A stretch of DNA of 34,402 nt from Candidatus Thorarchaeota archaeon (GTDB lineage: Archaea; Asgardarchaeota; Thorarchaeia; Thorarchaeales; Thorarchaeaceae), in assembly GCA_048884785.1 (NCBI GenBank), contig JBHLQM010000035.1:1-34402 (forward strand), given 5' to 3'. Positions 1-8,955 of the stretch are shown one piece after another; positions within the stretch are counted from its first letter, which is position 1, and every line of letters begins with the position of its first letter. The notes under the pieces were generated by a model that saw only the letters and a program-made list of their open reading frames with translations, had not been told where the DNA came from and searched no databases. Both the position numbers and the translations under genes were made by a program.

Positions 1-278
1 GTGAACAGGATGCCATCGTCAGTTATTTCATAGAATCCTCGTTTTGGATTGCTGATCATATCTGCCTCCAAGAGCTTAGTGAGGTGATGAGCCAGAGCGG
101 TTTTGCTTAATCCTATAACGCTCTGCAGTTCATCGAATGCTCTGGAGCCCTGAAAGAGGGACGAGAGCAGTTCCAATCTTGATTTATGAGAGATAGAAGA
201 GAGGAGGAATTCGATATCCTCATTGAAATTGTCGAGTATTTCAGATACTGCTCGTTTCTTCGCATTACTCATCGACAT
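1..278 (-). CDS. ArsR-type winged-helix transcriptional regulator, N-terminal part (runs off window start)
   Basis: Manual translation MSMSNAKKRAVSEILDNFNEDIEFLLSSISHKSRLELLSSLFQGSRAFDELQSVIGLSKTALAHHLTKLLEADMISNPKRGFYEITDDG; the R-L-x-L-L ... LS..ALAHHL..L ... Y.IT..G pattern is typical of ArsR/wHTH. Absent from the ORF track because there is no stop in the window; start may be 272. Confidence 0.8.
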   Translation of the reverse strand, partial: MSMSNAKKRAVSEILDNFNEDIEFLLSSISHKSRLELLSSLFQGSRAFDELQSVIGLSKTALAHHLTKLLEADMISNPKRGFYEITDDGILF

Positions 279-531
279 CACGAGGTATCAATGCATACAT
301 TTGTTATTAAATATTTTCCTGAACGTAAGTACTAATTTTACTGAATAAGCAAATTACCAAGAATGGATTGGCAAATCTATTCTTCTTTGCCGCTTTCTTG
401 TTTTGGCCATATCAGTAGCTGCCAATTCTTGAGCCCCCTTTTCGCTTCAGCCAACCTGTGAGTGATCCATCAATTTTGCCATTGCTTCATTTCTGTTTGC
501 GATATCTCTATACACTTGGTGAAAAAATCGC

Positions 532-3435
532 TCACTCAATGAACAGGGACACACGACCGGGTAGGGCAAACCGCGATTTATTCTGAGGATCATATTCAGG
601 CTTTGATGAGTCATGAACCACTGTTTGCAGACCGACTTCGGATGATATGTAGCTGGAAACATTTCTCAATGTGGCTAACTCTTCCTTGGATGATGAGGAG
701 TGGTCCCATAGACCGTTCTCTTTGGCAATACGATCAACCAGTATCTTCACTTCTTTTCCATATCTTCTGAATTCTTGGCTAGCCATTAGGTGTTTCATAA
801 TGTCTCCAACAATCATTGGTATCTTGGATTGACGGATACTATTCATTGCATTGAACATCCATTGCGGGGCAACGTAAACATGCACCCTAGAAACCTTCTT
901 GCCTTTCAACAGACGTACAATCTCCCTGATATCGTGAATTGTAGATTCAACCACTTGATGAGCGCTCTCAACAGATGAATCAATTAATGACTTATCAGCT
1001 CTTGGCCACTCAGCCAATGATACATATCCCTCTCGCTTCATTTTTGACCACATCTCCTCAGATGCATGAGGGGTCATTGGAGCGATCAATCGAGTCCAAA
1101 TGTCACAGATATAGGCCATTGTGCCGTTTCGCTCGGATTTTGGTACTTCAGTACGTTTTAGGTATTGATTGATTGCCCGAATCATTTCTGACGTAGCAAA
1201 GATTGCATAGTCTCGTATCCTTAGCTCCTCTAAATAGGTGGTACATTCTTGAACCATAGAATTTACTCTCGATAGAATCCAGCGAGTTGCCATAGTGGGC
1301 TTATCCTTCTTCTTGAAGACTACTGGCTCCTTGCCACCATACTTAGATACAATATCCATGAACTGAATCAGTCGATTTCTGACTGCAGGGACATCCTTTT
1401 CTCTCCAGTCCATCAGGCTACCAGGTTCCGCTGCAGAAATCGCATACATGCGGTACACATCTGCACCATATTTCTCAGGGATCTCGACTAGAGGTATTAT
1501 ATTGCCCTTGCTCTTGGACATCTTTCCACCCTCCATGATTAAATGCTCGTTCAGACTAATCTCCTGAATCCAGTGCTTCTCCGGGAAGATTGCTACATGG
1601 TGGAATATTGCAAAGCTTAGATGATTCGAGATGTGCGAAGGTGCGGTATGACGTTGGTCATTGGGGTACCAGTACAGGAATTCGCTGCGCATTGTTTTCA
1701 GCAGCTGAATATCAACATCAGTGGTGTTAGACACCTTCTCCGCAGTTCCGCCTCCTAGGAAGATGTACTCAAAGAACTCCGGCTTTAGTTGTGCAGGTTT
1801 CAGCTTGTTCTTAGTGATATGGTGGGCTATCGTATAGAATGCCATGTATATGGTAGAGTCTGATAGAGCTTCAATAATCCATTCAGGGTCAAAGGGTAGT
1901 TTTGTACCAATACCTCTCTTACGTGCGCAGGGCCGTTGTGCCAACCAATTGAAGGTTGCCTCGAATAGGTTCCTGAATAATTCCGGAACAATCTTCATGT
2001 TATTCAGAGCCTTCCAAGCTGCATCTTTCCATCCGGGGCTTAGATAGTCTAAGAACCATTGTCCAGCAAAGACTCCAACTTGAACATTTGTCCCGCATTT
2101 GCAAATCACGGGTCTTGTATCAGGTTCATAGAAGACGTCAGAAGCATTATTCCCGCTCAGCCATCTCACGACATCATCCTTTACGTCCTTTATCATTCTG
2201 CCAGAGAACTGCATACAGTTGTCTTTCATCACGCCCTCATAGAATTCGGCACGGTAGATCTCTTGAGTTGCATCCTCTAGCTTCTCATCATCTCTCTGCG
2301 ATTCTATGTTTCTACTCTCGACTGCATCCTTTCCGGGAAACTCGCTGTACCCCTTAACATCAATCATGCTAATCATCTTGATTCCACGAACATATTCTGG
2401 CGAGATTCCAAATTCCTTCAGGGGCTCAGGGTTTTCCCAGAGGTCTCTTAGAGCAATGTAATCGAATGGGGCGTGGCCTGGGACTGAGTATACAACGCCT
2501 GTCGCATTGTTGACATCAACAAAGTCAGCTGGCAGTATAGGGATTTCGTGGCCATCATGAACAGCGTGGAAGGTCTTTCCAATGATCTTGGCACCCGGAA
2601 ACTCCTCCAGTATCTTGACATCCTTTGCCTGTAGCTCCAGCTTTTTGACCGCCGCCTTCGAAACAATCCACTTTTCTCCGTTGACTAATGCCCAGACGTA
2701 TTTTGCAGTCGGATGAATCCACATGTTTGTGACTCCAAAGATAGTTTCCGGACGTAATGTTGCTGCAACTAGATATCCGTCTTCAAATTTCCACTTTATA
2801 GCAGTGAATTCTTTGATTTTGGCATATTCGCCTCTTAGGAGGTCATCCTCTCCAACAGGGTTCCCGCACTTTGGACAATACAGCAGGGGATAGTTGCCTT
2901 GTTTGATGTACCCTTTCTCCATGAACTTGTAGTATTGCCACTCGATGAATTTGTTGTATGTCTTATCTCCGGTTGTGAATTTTCGTCGCCAATCGATGCC
3001 ATATCCTAAAGCATCAAAGTCCTGAGAAATCGCTTTGGCAAAGAATGAAGCCGTAGTCCAAGGATCAGTGAATTTAGCCAATTGCGCATTGACCTCATCC
3101 TCAGTTTTGAAATAGAGGCGAAGGTCACGTTTGTATTGTTCAACAGCAGATTTGTCACCGCTCCGTAGCCTCTCAACCATCCCCAAGATCGGCGTGCCGG
3201 TCATATGGGATGCCATTGGAAACAGGACATTATACCCCTGCATCCTCCGAAATCTTGCGATCAAGTCACCGACTGTGTAGGTCCTACCATGGCCAATATG
3301 TAAAGCTCCATTTGTATAGGGGTAGGGAACCGTCAAGAAGAACTTCTTTCTCTTTGGATCAGGATCTGCCTCAAAGACCCTATCTTTCTTCCAGCGCTTC
3401 TGCCATTTCTTCTCATACTTGGCAAACTCACTCAT
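532..3435 (-). CDS. leuS: Leucyl-tRNA synthetase, archaeal/eukaryotic type
   Basis: HIGH and KMSKS class I motifs, PYPYTNG, editing-domain ATLRPET and ATGVVYSVPGHAPFD; 967 aa. Confidence 0.97.
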   Translation of the reverse strand: MSEFAKYEKKWQKRWKKDRVFEADPDPKRKKFFLTVPYPYTNGALHIGHGRTYTVGDLIARFRRMQGYNVLFPMASHMTGTPILGMVERLRSGDKSAVEQYKRDLRLYFKTEDEVNAQLAKFTDPWTTASFFAKAISQDFDALGYGIDWRRKFTTGDKTYNKFIEWQYYKFMEKGYIKQGNYPLLYCPKCGNPVGEDDLLRGEYAKIKEFTAIKWKFEDGYLVAATLRPETIFGVTNMWIHPTAKYVWALVNGEKWIVSKAAVKKLELQAKDVKILEEFPGAKIIGKTFHAVHDGHEIPILPADFVDVNNATGVVYSVPGHAPFDYIALRDLWENPEPLKEFGISPEYVRGIKMISMIDVKGYSEFPGKDAVESRNIESQRDDEKLEDATQEIYRAEFYEGVMKDNCMQFSGRMIKDVKDDVVRWLSGNNASDVFYEPDTRPVICKCGTNVQVGVFAGQWFLDYLSPGWKDAAWKALNNMKIVPELFRNLFEATFNWLAQRPCARKRGIGTKLPFDPEWIIEALSDSTIYMAFYTIAHHITKNKLKPAQLKPEFFEYIFLGGGTAEKVSNTTDVDIQLLKTMRSEFLYWYPNDQRHTAPSHISNHLSFAIFHHVAIFPEKHWIQEISLNEHLIMEGGKMSKSKGNIIPLVEIPEKYGADVYRMYAISAAEPGSLMDWREKDVPAVRNRLIQFMDIVSKYGGKEPVVFKKKDKPTMATRWILSRVNSMVQECTTYLEELRIRDYAIFATSEMIRAINQYLKRTEVPKSERNGTMAYICDIWTRLIAPMTPHASEEMWSKMKREGYVSLAEWPRADKSLIDSSVESAHQVVESTIHDIREIVRLLKGKKVSRVHVYVAPQWMFNAMNSIRQSKIPMIVGDIMKHLMASQEFRRYGKEVKILVDRIAKENGLWDHSSSSKEELATLRNVSSYISSEVGLQTVVHDSSKPEYDPQNKSRFALPGRVSLFIE

Positions 3436-3719
3436 CTTTTTTGACCTCGGCAGTAATGAAATTGATTAACGAGCCAGAGATGTGCTCCGCTATAAAGGAC
3501 TCGCAAAAGCAGTTTCTAATATTCGAGAACGCAATCCATCCTTGGCTCACTCTGAATCTGCAAAGCGTTTTTGTCTTATTAGAGCTATGGTCAATTAGTT
3601 TCAGCCATACCTGAGGGACAGCAAGATAAAATTCAGTATCCCGATAACTTGATTTTTAGATATGCTGTGCAGTTTTGTTTGATTAGGCAACAACTAACCG
3701 TTTATTCCCAGAGGGAAAG

Positions 3720-4385
3720 ATGTTGACCAAAAACTCTCCTGCAGATTGGATGATAGATGCAAATGATGCATTCATCGACATCCATCATGAACTAAGACCC
3801 TATGCTGAGGTAGTGTCGTTCTTCAGAAGGGTCGAGGAGGAGTTTAATGTGACGGAATATTGCAATGGAGCAAATTCTGGAGGGCGTTGGGTCTATCAGA
3901 TATATAGCAAGGAATTCATCACAGACATATCCGCAATTCTGAATCGCATCACAAAGTTATCTAGTTCCCCGGGCCCCATTCTTGAGGTCATGAGTGGAGA
4001 TGGTAAACTGGCTGAGTTTTTGCATTCTGGAATAGATATCGATATTATTGCCACAGATTCCAAGGAGAGCCGCGATAATATTGCATTTCCGAAATGGGTA
4101 GTGAAGGTAGATGCGATTTCTGCGATAGAACGATATTCCCCATCTGTGGTATTGATGTCATGGGAACCATTTTACTCCGATACGAGTAGCATAATTGTAG
4201 AGAGGGGGATTCCCTTGTTATGGATTGGAGACCCTTCAAGGTCTGCAGTAGGCTCCAGTCTTGAAACGAAACCACATTCAATCATCCATTCAGACTATTT
4301 ACTTGGGCGAAATGATAGTTTTGCTAAGAAGGAATATCGGACAGTTATCCGACTTTTCAATTTAGCAAAATGGAAAGAACAGTAA
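3720..4385 (+). CDS. Putative SAM-dependent methyltransferase-fold protein
   Basis: Motif I-like ILEVMSGDGKLA, acidic end of beta2 (IIATD), VKVDA, VLMSWEP. Confidence 0.55.
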   Translation: MLTKNSPADWMIDANDAFIDIHHELRPYAEVVSFFRRVEEEFNVTEYCNGANSGGRWVYQIYSKEFITDISAILNRITKLSSSPGPILEVMSGDGKLAEFLHSGIDIDIIATDSKESRDNIAFPKWVVKVDAISAIERYSPSVVLMSWEPFYSDTSSIIVERGIPLLWIGDPSRSAVGSSLETKPHSIIHSDYLLGRNDSFAKKEYRTVIRLFNLAKWKEQ

Positions 4386-4478
4386 AGGTCCTAGTTTATT
4401 GTAGCCCCAACCTGTGTTACACCTTTTCATATTCTTCTGCAGGGCATATCTAGTTACTAGAGGATAGAAGGGATATAT

Positions 4479-5414
4479 ATGGTAAAACCTAAAATCGATG
4501 CAATAGATATTGACCCAAAGACTGGTACAACACTCGGATTCTATCACTTTGGCAGTGACAGACCGAATATTCTGATTCTATCCGCTGTAGAGGGACACTC
4601 AGCAGGTTGTGTATATACTAGCTATCTTCTGATGCAGTACTTAGAAAACCTCAACCGGATCGATGGGTCAGTAACGGTACTTCCCGTAGCAAATCCCTTG
4701 GCATTTAGACTGGGAACCAGAGTTTCGCCTATTGATTCACAGGCACTCGATTCAGTCTTCCCAGGTAGTGAGTATGGAACAGTGACAGAGAGGATTGCGT
4801 GGGAGATATGGAGGAAAGCCTCTCAAGCGGATTATGTCATTCACCTTCGATCCAGCCCGCAATCATGTGTTAGCCACACAGTCGGACTTCATCGTGAGTA
4901 TATTCATGTCAGGAACTTGGCATCGCAAGTGGGACTGCAATATGTGGTCCAAAGTGGCGGACAGAGAGGAGTTCTAACAACGGAAACAGCTCATGAAGGA
5001 ATACCAGCAGTTACTATCGAATTGAGAGGGTACCGTGATCAGATAGAACCGCAAGCATCTGTGGAAGTGCGCGAAGCCATCCTGAATCTGATGCGCATCA
5101 AGGATATGATTCCAGGCGAGCGGATTGAGACTTCGAGTGTTTTTACGGGTAGAAGCCTTAATGTAAACTCAGGCTCCGAAGGGTTCTTCATTCCAAATGT
5201 GAATCTTGGGGATATCGTGAATCCAGAGTCCGTAATAGGCACGGTTGAGGGAGTTGAGTCCATTTATAGCCCCTACGAGGGAACAATCATCTCATTGAGT
5301 AGAATGAACTATGTCTTCGAAGGGGACAAAATTGCTAACATTGCGGCACCGCTGGTTGACCAGAGAGGACCACCTGAAGAGGAAAGTAGCCAGTCAGTTC
5401 GAAGGAAGTGGTAG
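4479..5414 (+). CDS. Succinylglutamate desuccinylase/aspartoacylase (M14-like) family protein with degenerate active site
   Basis: GSVTVLPVANPLAF, FPG...GT.TERIA, GIPAVTIEL and a C-terminal barrel-sandwich-like domain (IYSPYEGTI...VFEGD). Confidence 0.8.
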   Translation: MVKPKIDAIDIDPKTGTTLGFYHFGSDRPNILILSAVEGHSAGCVYTSYLLMQYLENLNRIDGSVTVLPVANPLAFRLGTRVSPIDSQALDSVFPGSEYGTVTERIAWEIWRKASQADYVIHLRSSPQSCVSHTVGLHREYIHVRNLASQVGLQYVVQSGGQRGVLTTETAHEGIPAVTIELRGYRDQIEPQASVEVREAILNLMRIKDMIPGERIETSSVFTGRSLNVNSGSEGFFIPNVNLGDIVNPESVIGTVEGVESIYSPYEGTIISLSRMNYVFEGDKIANIAAPLVDQRGPPEEESSQSVRRKW

Positions 5415-5415
5415 C

Positions 5416-5841
5416 ATGTGTGATGGTTGCAGTTGTGATTCATACTTAATGCGTACAAATGTAGGTGACAAGAAACTGAGAGACAAAGGACATCTCCTTC
5501 TCATTGGCAGTTGTCTGATGGAAAGGTTTCCTGAGATTGTTGAAGAGTATGCAAAATCGAGAGAGGAGAAAACCATCCTTCACATATGTCTGGAAGAAAC
5601 ACACATGAACATGGCGGGATTCAAAATTGCATCAATGGTGAGCTATGCAGGAATTGGTGCCATCTCAGTTCTCACCATCGAGGGCAGTCCACACTGTGTA
5701 CAATTACACTATCTTGCTGAAGATATCAAAAGGCACTTTATTCAGAAATTGAAGACCAACCATTTTGTTATAGAGAAGGGAGAAGTCTTGGAGGTGAGTC
5801 CCGAATCTGTAAAGAGATCAAGACATCTCTCCAAGATATGA
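5416..5841 (+). CDS. Small Cys-containing protein resembling the C-terminal domain of Fe-S cluster-binding oxidoreductases
   Basis: ATG at 5416 directly after the upstream TAG gives MCDGCSC...LLLIGSC...CLEE...EGSPHCVQLH. The ORF-track start (5311) overlaps the upstream gene and is unlikely. Confidence 0.6.
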   Translation: MCDGCSCDSYLMRTNVGDKKLRDKGHLLLIGSCLMERFPEIVEEYAKSREEKTILHICLEETHMNMAGFKIASMVSYAGIGAISVLTIEGSPHCVQLHYLAEDIKRHFIQKLKTNHFVIEKGEVLEVSPESVKRSRHLSKI

Positions 5842-5869
5842 CAGTCTATACCCTCTGATATATTGCGTG

Positions 5870-6457
5870 TCAAAGGCGACGAGACTTAGGTAGCAAAAAG
5901 CCTGCTCGTTTCCTATACTCAAGATATTCATCTCCATAGTGAAGAACGAGCTTGCGTTCCTCGAGATATGCACCAATAAGTGTGTAAATAATCAGAGATA
6001 GACTGAATACCGCAACTTGAGCGAAGGGATAGATTAGGACTAACCCAAATAGAAGGATAATTGTCGCCAGATATAATGGGTGACGCACCCGCGAATAAAT
6101 ACCATCTGTAATGAGTTCTGGACGACGATCAGTTCGCATATCCGCCACAGTGCTCACAGAGATTACCTTGGAGGCAGCCATAGATAGCCATAGACCTATC
6201 ACAATGAGAATACCCCCACCCAGAAAGAGAAACGGTTGGACCAAGGACGGAGTGAAAAGAAAATATAGCCAGTCCCAAAACCACATTGAGAGAAATGCCA
6301 AAGATATCGAAAGAATACTTGTGGCATTGAAGGTCTTCGCATACCCTTCTTTCCCCCAGCGGTCAATAATCTTCGATTTAACAGGCAAAGCAGAAACTCC
6401 GCTGTGTAAAATGCCGAAAATCGTCACAAACAGGATAATCAGAAAATACTCTATCAT
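5870..6457 (-). CDS. Isoprenylcysteine carboxyl methyltransferase/PEMT-family membrane methyltransferase (NnrU/MddA-like N-terminus)
   Basis: FGILHS, LITDGIYSRVRHPLY, LEERKL..YG.EY.EY; several TM helices; start taken at MIEYFL. Confidence 0.8.
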   Translation of the reverse strand: MIEYFLIILFVTIFGILHSGVSALPVKSKIIDRWGKEGYAKTFNATSILSISLAFLSMWFWDWLYFLFTPSLVQPFLFLGGGILIVIGLWLSMAASKVISVSTVADMRTDRRPELITDGIYSRVRHPLYLATIILLFGLVLIYPFAQVAVFSLSLIIYTLIGAYLEERKLVLHYGDEYLEYRKRAGFLLPKSRRL

Positions 6458-6564
6458 TGGGATAACCTCAATCAGTACACTGAAGTGTGTTGCTAAAATC
6501 TTATAAGGAAAACTATTGTTAATTTTATCATAGTTAATTCTATTCAATTGAAGGCTGTTTCAAA

Positions 6565-7131
6565 ATGGTTGAGTTACCAATGAATCCATTCGCTCCTATT
6601 GAAATGTGGAGCGATACAGTTGTCACCGTTAAAGACGGAGATGAGAAAAAGAATGTTGATGCCAAGCATTACCACGTACGATACGTTGTAGGCGAGGGAA
6701 CGACAAAGAGATATGTTGACCATGGAAGTGGCGTACATGAGATGAATGACCGTACCATCTACTATACACCAGCCGTCCATAAAATGATGGAAGAGCCTTT
6801 CCATTATGATGGTAGCAAAGTAGAGAGTATTGTTGGAGAACGCCACACAGAGAATACAAGGAATCTCGAGAGGATGGACTTCTGTGAGGATCACGAGATT
6901 GTAGAAGTTTCATTTCAGAGCCCAGGAGTTGAGTGTTGTGCCATGACCAGAGAAGAGGCTGATAAACACGGAGTTCCTCTCCAGTTTCAAGCAGGGTACC
7001 TCCTTGGTAGAAGTGATGGCATGATTAAGATAGCACTCTCAAAGACAGTACTTGACAATGGGTCATCCTACTACGAAGCAATCCACATTATACCTGAAAC
7101 CGTTGTGAAGAGTCTACAGTGTCTTGAATAG
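6565..7131 (+). CDS. Hypothetical protein (188 aa, beta-rich)
   Basis: Clean ORF divergent from the upstream gene, preceded by an AT-rich promoter-like region; no firmly recognised family. Confidence 0.7.
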   Translation: MVELPMNPFAPIEMWSDTVVTVKDGDEKKNVDAKHYHVRYVVGEGTTKRYVDHGSGVHEMNDRTIYYTPAVHKMMEEPFHYDGSKVESIVGERHTENTRNLERMDFCEDHEIVEVSFQSPGVECCAMTREEADKHGVPLQFQAGYLLGRSDGMIKIALSKTVLDNGSSYYEAIHIIPETVVKSLQCLE

Positions 7132-7566
7132 CCAGAATTGCTAAATTACTCAGCGTGGGCGCTCTTGATTCATCTCCCTGTTCCAGCCGCCCCTACATGG
7201 CTGGATTTTCCTTTTATTGACGAGCGCCCACCTGACCCATTTTTCTAATTATGAAGAATCTAACACATAACCAAAGGTGTATCATTGCAAATCATTTATT
7301 CGTAGTCGTCCTCACTCATGCACCAAATGACCCCGCTCATTCTCCCTAGGGTAGAATATCCCCCTCGGCACCAATATTCGTCAATGGTAGACTAGTTAGC
7401 GTTTTCAGTACATCCTATAATGACAGAGTAAAGCCAAAGGTCTTGCGTGTCAAAATGACTTTGAGTATGAAACTATATCAATCCAGTAAGTTGCTTCTTG
7501 TATGAGTTATGGATTTATTAGAATCGAATGGCACCCTCCATGTCATCGGTTTCGCGAGGTTGCATT

Positions 7567-8955
7567 ATGAGAGACAAGTTAAGGAAATTAATCAACAATA
7601 CACCATCTGGAGCTCATCTTGAAATCCGGTATCATCAGAGAAAAAGCTCACAGATTAGAGTGGATAAAGGTGAGATACATACTGCAAGCTCCGATGATTA
7701 TGGCGGAGTAGGCATCAGAGCATTAGTGAGAGGAGCTTGGGGATATGCAAGTACAAGTAACCTATCTTTGGATAGCCTCGAAGAAACAATGAATATTGCG
7801 ACCACTGCAGCAAGCAGACTAGCGTCCAGAGTGAAGGAGAAAATTCAGCTTGCTCCAATAACACCAATTACAGGAGAATTTACGAATCTTGGGAAAGACC
7901 CAATGAAGAATCATGATTTCGAGGAGAGAGTCAATCTTGTGATGAGTATCGACAAGATGCTACGTGATGGAGATAAGAGGATAAAGGGTTCAATGGTCAG
8001 ATTACTCGTTCCTTCAAATCACAGGATTATCATTAATTCTGACGGTACTGACGTTGAGATCAAAGATACGCGTCCTGATATCATGATAATACCTGTAGCA
8101 ACGGAAGGAAGCAAGATGGCTGAGCATATCGAAGCAGTTGGCATTACAGGGGGGTGGGAAATCTTTGAAAGAAAGACACCTGAGCAAATGGTCGAGAGAG
8201 CGATTAGAATATCAACGGGGCTTCTTGATGCACCGCTCGCAAAAGGGGGAAAGCACAGAGTCGTAATGGAACCAGGAATAACAGGATTAATCTGTCATGA
8301 GGCAATTGGACATACCGTGGAGGCCGATATTGCACATTCAGGTAGTGCTGCCAAAGGAATGATTGGGGAGAAAGTCGCTAGTGAGCATGTCACTATGATT
8401 GACAGTGGAGAGGAAAAAGCGGCTGGAGGTTGGTTGGTTGTAGATGACGCAGGGGTTCCAGCAAAAAGAACTACAATCATTGAGAAAGGTATACTGAAAT
8501 CATTTCTTCATAGCCGGTCTACGGCTTTCATAGATGGAGTTGAACCCACTGGTAATGAACGTGCGTTTGAATATGATGTGGAACCGATTATTAGAATGCG
8601 AAATACGTATCTGACACCCGGATCGTTCTCACGTGATGAACTAATTGAGGATATCAAAGAAGGCTATCTTTTGGCATCTCCAGGAGGTGGACAGGCAGAT
8701 AGTACTGCCGAATTCATGTTCTCCGTTCCTGAGGCCTATGAGATACGGAACGGCGAAGTCTTGGGACTTGTAAAGAATGTTACAATATCAGGGAATGCAT
8801 ATGAGGTCCTTTCATCTGTTGATGGAGTGTCAAAGGAATGGATGCTCGATATGGGATGGGGTTATTGTGGTAAGGGGCAAATAGCCAGAGTTGATGGCGG
8901 CGGTGGTCTGACACGAGCCACGGCCTTGGTTTCTGGTGAAGTAGGAGGTGCATGA
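7567..8955 (+). CDS. tldD: TldD metalloprotease subunit
   Basis: GVGIR, HEAIGH..EAD zinc motif, PTGN.RA, RMRNT, C-terminal CGK.Q ligand; SD-like GAGGT before ATG 7567. Confidence 0.92.
   Translation: MRDKLRKLINNTPSGAHLEIRYHQRKSSQIRVDKGEIHTASSDDYGGVGIRALVRGAWGYASTSNLSLDSLEETMNIATTAASRLASRVKEKIQLAPITPITGEFTNLGKDPMKNHDFEERVNLVMSIDKMLRDGDKRIKGSMVRLLVPSNHRIIINSDGTDVEIKDTRPDIMIIPVATEGSKMAEHIEAVGITGGWEIFERKTPEQMVERAIRISTGLLDAPLAKGGKHRVVMEPGITGLICHEAIGHTVEADIAHSGSAAKGMIGEKVASEHVTMIDSGEEKAAGGWLVVDDAGVPAKRTTIIEKGILKSFLHSRSTAFIDGVEPTGNERAFEYDVEPIIRMRNTYLTPGSFSRDELIEDIKEGYLLASPGGGQADSTAEFMFSVPEAYEIRNGEVLGLVKNVTISGNAYEVLSSVDGVSKEWMLDMGWGYCGKGQIARVDGGGGLTRATALVSGEVGGA

Noticed and set aside
354-534. leuS ends in TGA and is followed by an AUGA...AAAA...UGA tract and a short frame with an internal TGA (MAKLMDHSQVG*SEKG...)
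   Set aside because: LeuRS is complete at its normal C-terminus, the would-be SECIS helix pairs poorly, and the short frame has no selenoprotein-like motif.
7114-7131. C-terminal QCLE next to an ICMT-family gene as a prenylation signal
   Set aside because: Cys is third from the end, not a CaaX, CC or CxC motif.
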